A stretch of DNA of 64,000 nt from the NCBI GenBank assembly GCA_963754655.1, contig CAVWGN010000001.1:2272001-2336000 (forward strand). The letters are read 5' to 3'. Each line of letters begins with the position of its first letter. The stretch's first letter is position 1. The position numbers and the translations under genes are program-made. The notes below the pieces were generated by a model. It did not search any database. It was not told the origin of the DNA and saw nothing but the letters and a program-made list of their open reading frames with translations. Of this stretch, positions 59,189 through 64,000 are shown piece by piece. Source of the DNA: an uncultured Chlamydiae bacterium (GTDB lineage: Bacteria > Chlamydiota > Chlamydiia > Chlamydiales > Parachlamydiaceae).

Positions 59189-61753
59189 ATGAATATTCAA
59201 AGTTCAAGTCTTCCTTTATGCACAGGTGTTGGATACAAGCGAAACTCCACTTGTATTCAACCTTTCCAACCTCCTCGTAAACGAATCAAACAAGAGATTA
59301 ACCCTCAGACAATCTCCTCTACTTTTCCATTTTGGCAAGAATTATCAATCTATAAGGATATTATTCTAAAAATTAGTTCTTATCTTAGAATTAAAGATTT
59401 ACTCCATTTAGAAGCTACTCATAAAGCACAAGGCAATTATACTAAGGACTTTTGGATTCAAAAGAAAAAGGATTCTGTCCCTAATTGGGCAATGTGTGAA
59501 AAAGAGCCTCATCAAGATAAATGGAACGTCTGTTTAACTTCAGCACTTAAACGCTGCGTCAAAGAATTAGCAGCAAATTCCATGGGAATTAATGTGCCAT
59601 TAGCCCAAAACATCTTTCTTTACTCTCAAGGACTTTTCAAAAGATTTCCCTTGTATGGATGTTATGTTAAAAGCGAAATAACTAAATTAGCTAATAACTC
59701 CCCTAATATCTTAAATGAATTACAATCACAAAAAGATGAAATTTATCAGTTAGCTTTACAAAAAAAGGGAGGAGAATTAATTCTTCAAACTCTTTTTGAA
59801 ATACACAATTATCTCTCTCAACCCAATGCCCGATCCTATTATTTAATTAGCCAATATGCAACTGAGGCAATTAATCAAAAAGCTTATTGCATTAGCCTAT
59901 TTGCTTTAAAACTATTCTATCAAAAAACTTCACACGCAAATTTAAATAATGATCAACGAAATCTATTAGAAGATTTAAGTCTACAGGCTGCTAAAAAAGG
60001 ATATTTTTTGGCGTTAGATCTTTTGCTCTCTCACTATTCTCCAGCAGATGTCCAAAAGTTAATTGATCAAGGCTTATGTTATGCTCCAGTGCTAGCTCAG
60101 CAGGCTGTTCAGTTTTTCTCTACACAGCAATGGAGACAAGCTGACGCGCTTTTAGTGGAGGCCATTGCTAAATATGGGAATAAAGTTCCAGCTAAGGTTT
60201 TAAATAATGCAGCTTACATTAAAATGCGCTTGAAGCAATATTCTGAAGCAGATGCTCTCTATGCCCAAGCTATTGCCAAGTATGGGCCTCAAGTTTCAGC
60301 TTATATTCTAGACAATGCCGCTTTCGTTAAAAAAGAATTGAAGCAATATTCTGAAGCAGATGCTCTCTATGCCCAAGCAATTGCCAAGTATGGGCCTCAA
60401 GTTTCAGCTTATATTCTAAACAATGCAGCTTACATTAAAATGCAATTGAAGCAATATTCTGAAGCAGATGCTCTCTATGCCCAAGCAATTGTCAAGTATG
60501 GGCCTCAAGTTCCAGCTTATATTCTAGACAATGCCGCTTTCGTTAAAAAAGAATTGAAGCAATATTCTGAAGCAGATGCTCTCTATGCCCAAGCAATTGC
60601 CAAGTATGAGCCTCAAGTTTCAGATTATGTTCTAGCAAATTCCGCTTTCGTTAAAAAAGAATTGAAGCAATATTTTGAAGCAGATGCACTTTATGCCCGA
60701 GCTATTGCCCAGTATGGGCCTCAAGTTCCAGATTATGTTCTAGCACATTCCGCTTACATTAAAATGCAATTGAAGCAATATTCTGAAGCAGATGCTCTCT
60801 ATGCCCAAGCAATTGCCAAGTATGGGCCTCAAGTTCCAGATTATGTTCTAACAAATTCCGCTTACATTAAAATGCAATTGAAGCAATATTCTGAAGCAGA
60901 TGCTCTCTATGCCCAAGCTTTTGCCAAGTATGGGCCCCAAGTTCCAGCTTATATTCTAGCCAATTCCACTTTCGTTAAAAAAGAATTGAAGCAATACCCT
61001 GAAGCAGATGCACTTTATGCCCAAGCAATTGCCAAGTATGGGGACCAAGTTCCAGCTTCTGTTCTAAACAATGCCGCTTTCGTTAAAAAAGAATTGAAGC
61101 AATACCCTGAAGCAGATGCACTTTATGCCCAAGCAATTGCCAAGTATGGAGACCAAGTTCCAGTTTCTGTTCTAGTCCTGTCCGCTTTCGTGAAAAAAGA
61201 ATTGAAGCAATACCCTGAAGCAGATGCTCTCCATGCCCAAGCAATTGCCAAGTATGGAGACCAAATTCCAGCTTATGTTCTAACCGATTCCGCTTTCGTG
61301 AAAAAAGAATTGAAGCAATACCCTGAAGCAGATGCACTTTATGCCCAAGCAATTGCCAAGTATGGAGACCAAGTTCCAGCTTATATTCTAGTCAATTCCG
61401 CTTTCGTGAAAAAAGAATTGAACCAATACCCTGAAGCAGATGCTCTCCATGCTCAAGCAATTGCCAAGTATGGGGACCAAGTTCCAGCTTATGTTCTAAA
61501 CAATGCCGCTTTCGTTAAAAAAAAATTGAAGCAATATTTTGAAGCAGATGATCTCTATGCCCGAGCAATTGCCAAGGATGGAGACCAAATTCCAGCTTCT
61601 GTTCTAGCCAATTCCGCTTTCGTTAAAAAAGAATTGAAGCAATACCCTGAAGCGGATGCACTTTATGCCCAAGCAATTGCCAAGCTTGGACCGCAAGTTC
61701 CAGCTGATGTTTTAGAGGCTGCAGCTCAAGTTAAACTTCAATTAAAAGAATAA
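59189..61753 (+). CDS. NLS-like, F-box-like and 36-aa TPR-like repeat protein 3 (14 repeats)
   Basis: N-terminal domain almost identical to protein 1; 216 aa (6 repeats) longer. Confidence 0.85.
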   Translation: MNIQSSSLPLCTGVGYKRNSTCIQPFQPPRKRIKQEINPQTISSTFPFWQELSIYKDIILKISSYLRIKDLLHLEATHKAQGNYTKDFWIQKKKDSVPNWAMCEKEPHQDKWNVCLTSALKRCVKELAANSMGINVPLAQNIFLYSQGLFKRFPLYGCYVKSEITKLANNSPNILNELQSQKDEIYQLALQKKGGELILQTLFEIHNYLSQPNARSYYLISQYATEAINQKAYCISLFALKLFYQKTSHANLNNDQRNLLEDLSLQAAKKGYFLALDLLLSHYSPADVQKLIDQGLCYAPVLAQQAVQFFSTQQWRQADALLVEAIAKYGNKVPAKVLNNAAYIKMRLKQYSEADALYAQAIAKYGPQVSAYILDNAAFVKKELKQYSEADALYAQAIAKYGPQVSAYILNNAAYIKMQLKQYSEADALYAQAIVKYGPQVPAYILDNAAFVKKELKQYSEADALYAQAIAKYEPQVSDYVLANSAFVKKELKQYFEADALYARAIAQYGPQVPDYVLAHSAYIKMQLKQYSEADALYAQAIAKYGPQVPDYVLTNSAYIKMQLKQYSEADALYAQAFAKYGPQVPAYILANSTFVKKELKQYPEADALYAQAIAKYGDQVPASVLNNAAFVKKELKQYPEADALYAQAIAKYGDQVPVSVLVLSAFVKKELKQYPEADALHAQAIAKYGDQIPAYVLTDSAFVKKELKQYPEADALYAQAIAKYGDQVPAYILVNSAFVKKELNQYPEADALHAQAIAKYGDQVPAYVLNNAAFVKKKLKQYFEADDLYARAIAKDGDQIPASVLANSAFVKKELKQYPEADALYAQAIAKLGPQVPADVLEAAAQVKLQLKE

Positions 61754-62252
61754 CCCGCAGGAGATGATCTTGTAATATGACGGCTCTTTAGGCCTTAGGC
61801 CATACCATCAACAAGCTAAGAGATGGGCTTAGACTACGCGGCGACTGAAGCGTCTTGTAGTCTAAACTCATCTGTTAGCTTGATGCGTATGAGACCCTTT
61901 AGGCCTAACTACAAAATCCTCAGCTAATTCAAAAACTTATCTTCCCGGCCTAGAAATGTGAGTTAAATTCTTCTGGATCAAAATGTTTGGATTTATTATG
62001 CTATTTTTTATCTTGGATACTTTTGGCCTTTATTCTTATCTTTCTTACAAAAGTTGGGAAAGATATGAAGTTCAAAATAAAGTAGTTATTAAGAAATTTT
62101 AATCAAAAATACCCCTGCCATCTTTCAAGCTTAGACTTAAATCAGTCTCAATGAGCACATACTTGTGTAAACAAGTATTGAATGTATAAATTAAAAACAA
62201 AGATAGTTATAATAACTAAAAGATATTTATAATAAATTAAAGGTAAATCATA

Positions 62253-64000
62253 ATGAATATTCAAAGTTCGAGTCTTCCTTTATATACAGGTATTGGATAC
62301 AAGCGAAACTCCACTTGTATTCAACCTTTCCAACCTCCTCGCAAACGAATCAAACAAGAGATTAACCCTCAGAACAGCTCCTCTACTTTTCCATTTTGGC
62401 AAGAATTATCAAACTATAAGGACATTATTCTAAAGATTGGTTCCTATCTTAGAATTAAAGACTTACTTCATCTAGAAGCTACTCATCAAGCACAAAGCAA
62501 TTATACTAAGGATTTTTGGACTCAAAAGAGAAAGGATTCTGTACCTAATTGGGCCATGTGTGAAAAAGAGCCCCATCAAGATAAATGGGACGTCTGTTTA
62601 AATTCAGCACTTAAACGCTCTGTCAAAGAATTAGCAGCAAATTCCGCAGGGATTAATGTGTCATTAGCTCAAAATATCTTTCTTTACTCTCAAGGACTTT
62701 TCAAAAGATTTCCCTTGTATGGATGTTATGTTAAAAGCGAAATAGCTAAATTAGCTAGTAGCTCCCCTAATATCTTAAATGAATTAAAATCACAAAAAGA
62801 TGAAATTTACCAGTTAGCTTTACAAAAAAAGGGAGGAGAATTAATTCTTCAAACTCTTTTTGAAATCCATAATTATCTTCTTCAATCCAATGCACGATCC
62901 TATCACTTAATTAGCCAATATGCAACCGAGGCAATTAATCAAAAAGCTTATTGCATTAGTCTATTTGCTTTAAAACTATTCTATCAAAAAATTGCACATG
63001 CAAATTTAAATAATGATCAACGAATTCTATTAGAAAATTTAAGTCTACAGGCTGCTAAAAAAGGATATTTTTTGGCGTTAGATCTTTTGCTCTCTCACTA
63101 TTCTCCGGCAGACGTCCAAAAGTTAATTGATCAAGGCTTGTGTTATGCTCCAGTGCTAGCCCAGCAGGCTGTTCAGTTTTTCTCTACACAGCAATGGGGA
63201 AAAGCGGACGCGCTTTTAGTGGAGGCCATCGCTAAATATGGGAATAAAGTTCCAGCTAAGGTTTTAGATAATGCAGCTTACATTAAAATGCGATTGAAGC
63301 AATATTCTGAAGCAGATGCTCTCTATGCCCAAGCAATTGTCAAGTATGGGCCTCAAGTTCCAGCTCTTGTTCTAGACAATGCCGCTTTCGTTAAAATAGA
63401 ATTGAAGCAATATTCTGAAGCAGATGCTCTCTATTACCAAGCTATTGCCAAGTATGAACCTCAAGTTCCAGCTCTTGTTCTAGATCAGGCAGCTTACATT
63501 AAAATGCAATTGAAGCAAGATTCTGAAGCAGATGCTCTCTATGCCCAAGCAATTGTCAAGTATGGGCCTCAAGTTCCAGCTTATGTTCTAAAATATTCCG
63601 CTTTCGTTAAAAAAAAATTGAAGCAATATTCTGAAGCAGATGCACTTTATACCCAAGCAATTGCCAAGTATGGGCCTCAAGTTCCAGCTTATATTCTAGA
63701 CAATGCCGCTTTCGTTAAAACAGAATTGAAGCAATATCCTGAAGCAGATGCTCTCTATGCCCAAGCTATTGCCAAGTATGAACCTCAAGTTCCAGCTAAT
63801 GTTCTAGCCAATTCCGCTTTCGTTAAAAAAGAATTGAAGCAATATCCTGAAGCAGATGATCTCTATGCCCGAGCAATTGCCAAGGATGAACCTCAAGTTC
63901 CAGCTAATGTTCTAGCCGATTCCGCTTTCGTTAAAAAAGAATTGAAGCAATATCCTGAAGCAGATGATCTCTATGCCCGAGCAATTGCCAAGGATGAACC
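62253..64000 (+). CDS. NLS-like, F-box-like and 36-aa TPR-like repeat protein 4 (runs off the window, at least 7 repeats)
   Basis: ATG at 62253 after the same aggtaaatcata leader; MNIQSSSLPLYTGIGYKRN..PPRKRIK; 108-bp repeats continue to the window end. Confidence 0.82.
   Translation, partial: MNIQSSSLPLYTGIGYKRNSTCIQPFQPPRKRIKQEINPQNSSSTFPFWQELSNYKDIILKIGSYLRIKDLLHLEATHQAQSNYTKDFWTQKRKDSVPNWAMCEKEPHQDKWDVCLNSALKRSVKELAANSAGINVSLAQNIFLYSQGLFKRFPLYGCYVKSEIAKLASSSPNILNELKSQKDEIYQLALQKKGGELILQTLFEIHNYLLQSNARSYHLISQYATEAINQKAYCISLFALKLFYQKIAHANLNNDQRILLENLSLQAAKKGYFLALDLLLSHYSPADVQKLIDQGLCYAPVLAQQAVQFFSTQQWGKADALLVEAIAKYGNKVPAKVLDNAAYIKMRLKQYSEADALYAQAIVKYGPQVPALVLDNAAFVKIELKQYSEADALYYQAIAKYEPQVPALVLDQAAYIKMQLKQDSEADALYAQAIVKYGPQVPAYVLKYSAFVKKKLKQYSEADALYTQAIAKYGPQVPAYILDNAAFVKTELKQYPEADALYAQAIAKYEPQVPANVLANSAFVKKELKQYPEADDLYARAIAKDEPQVPANVLADSAFVKKELKQYPEADDLYARAIAKDE

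Noticed and set aside
55080..64000. Diversity-generating retroelement acting on the 36-aa repeats (many variable codons look like AAT/AAC derivatives: tat, gat, cat, gac, acc, gtc)
   Set aside because: No reverse transcriptase or invariant template repeat in the window, and third-position and non-adenine changes also occur (gca, gaa, gct, ctg). Selection plus conversion explains the pattern; a remote DGR cannot be excluded without a genome search.
54093..64000. Calling the repeat proteins TAL effectors or PPR proteins
   Set aside because: The repeat length is 36 aa and the consensus fits TPR better; no TALE LTPxQVVAIAS motif is present. The similarity is in design only.

Overview
AT-rich chromosomal window from an environmental chlamydia (Parachlamydiaceae/Protochlamydia-like, inferred from gene order and protein style). 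The core blocks are the AST arginine-catabolism operon, hldD/hldE, tRNA-Gln-prs(pseudogene)-rplY-pth-rpsF-rpsR-rplI-ispE, glgA, pgsA, uvrD, rpmH-rnpA, rpmJ-rpsN, nusB-murB-PHP-folC and cydAB. These are interleaved with eukaryote-like ubiquitin-system effector candidates (U-box/ankyrin, F-box/DUF4116, RING/F-box/ankyrin). The window ends in a tandem array of at least four genes, each with an NLS-like motif, an F-box-like motif and near-identical 36-aa TPR-like repeats whose variation is concentrated in a few positions; this is the best candidate for an undescribed system. Intergenic DNA holds at least four families (A-D) of GC-rich palindromic non-autonomous elements. They nest inside each other, show arm-to-arm covariation, host two complete IS elements (an IS256 and an unclassified frameshifted DDE element), and in one case still enclose a remnant of an IS200-like/RAYT TnpA. 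Decayed or possibly repurposed enzymes include a prs pseudogene, a NadB homolog lacking catalytic motifs and HldE with a vestigial adenylyltransferase domain. All assignments were made by eye from motifs; no database searches were run.
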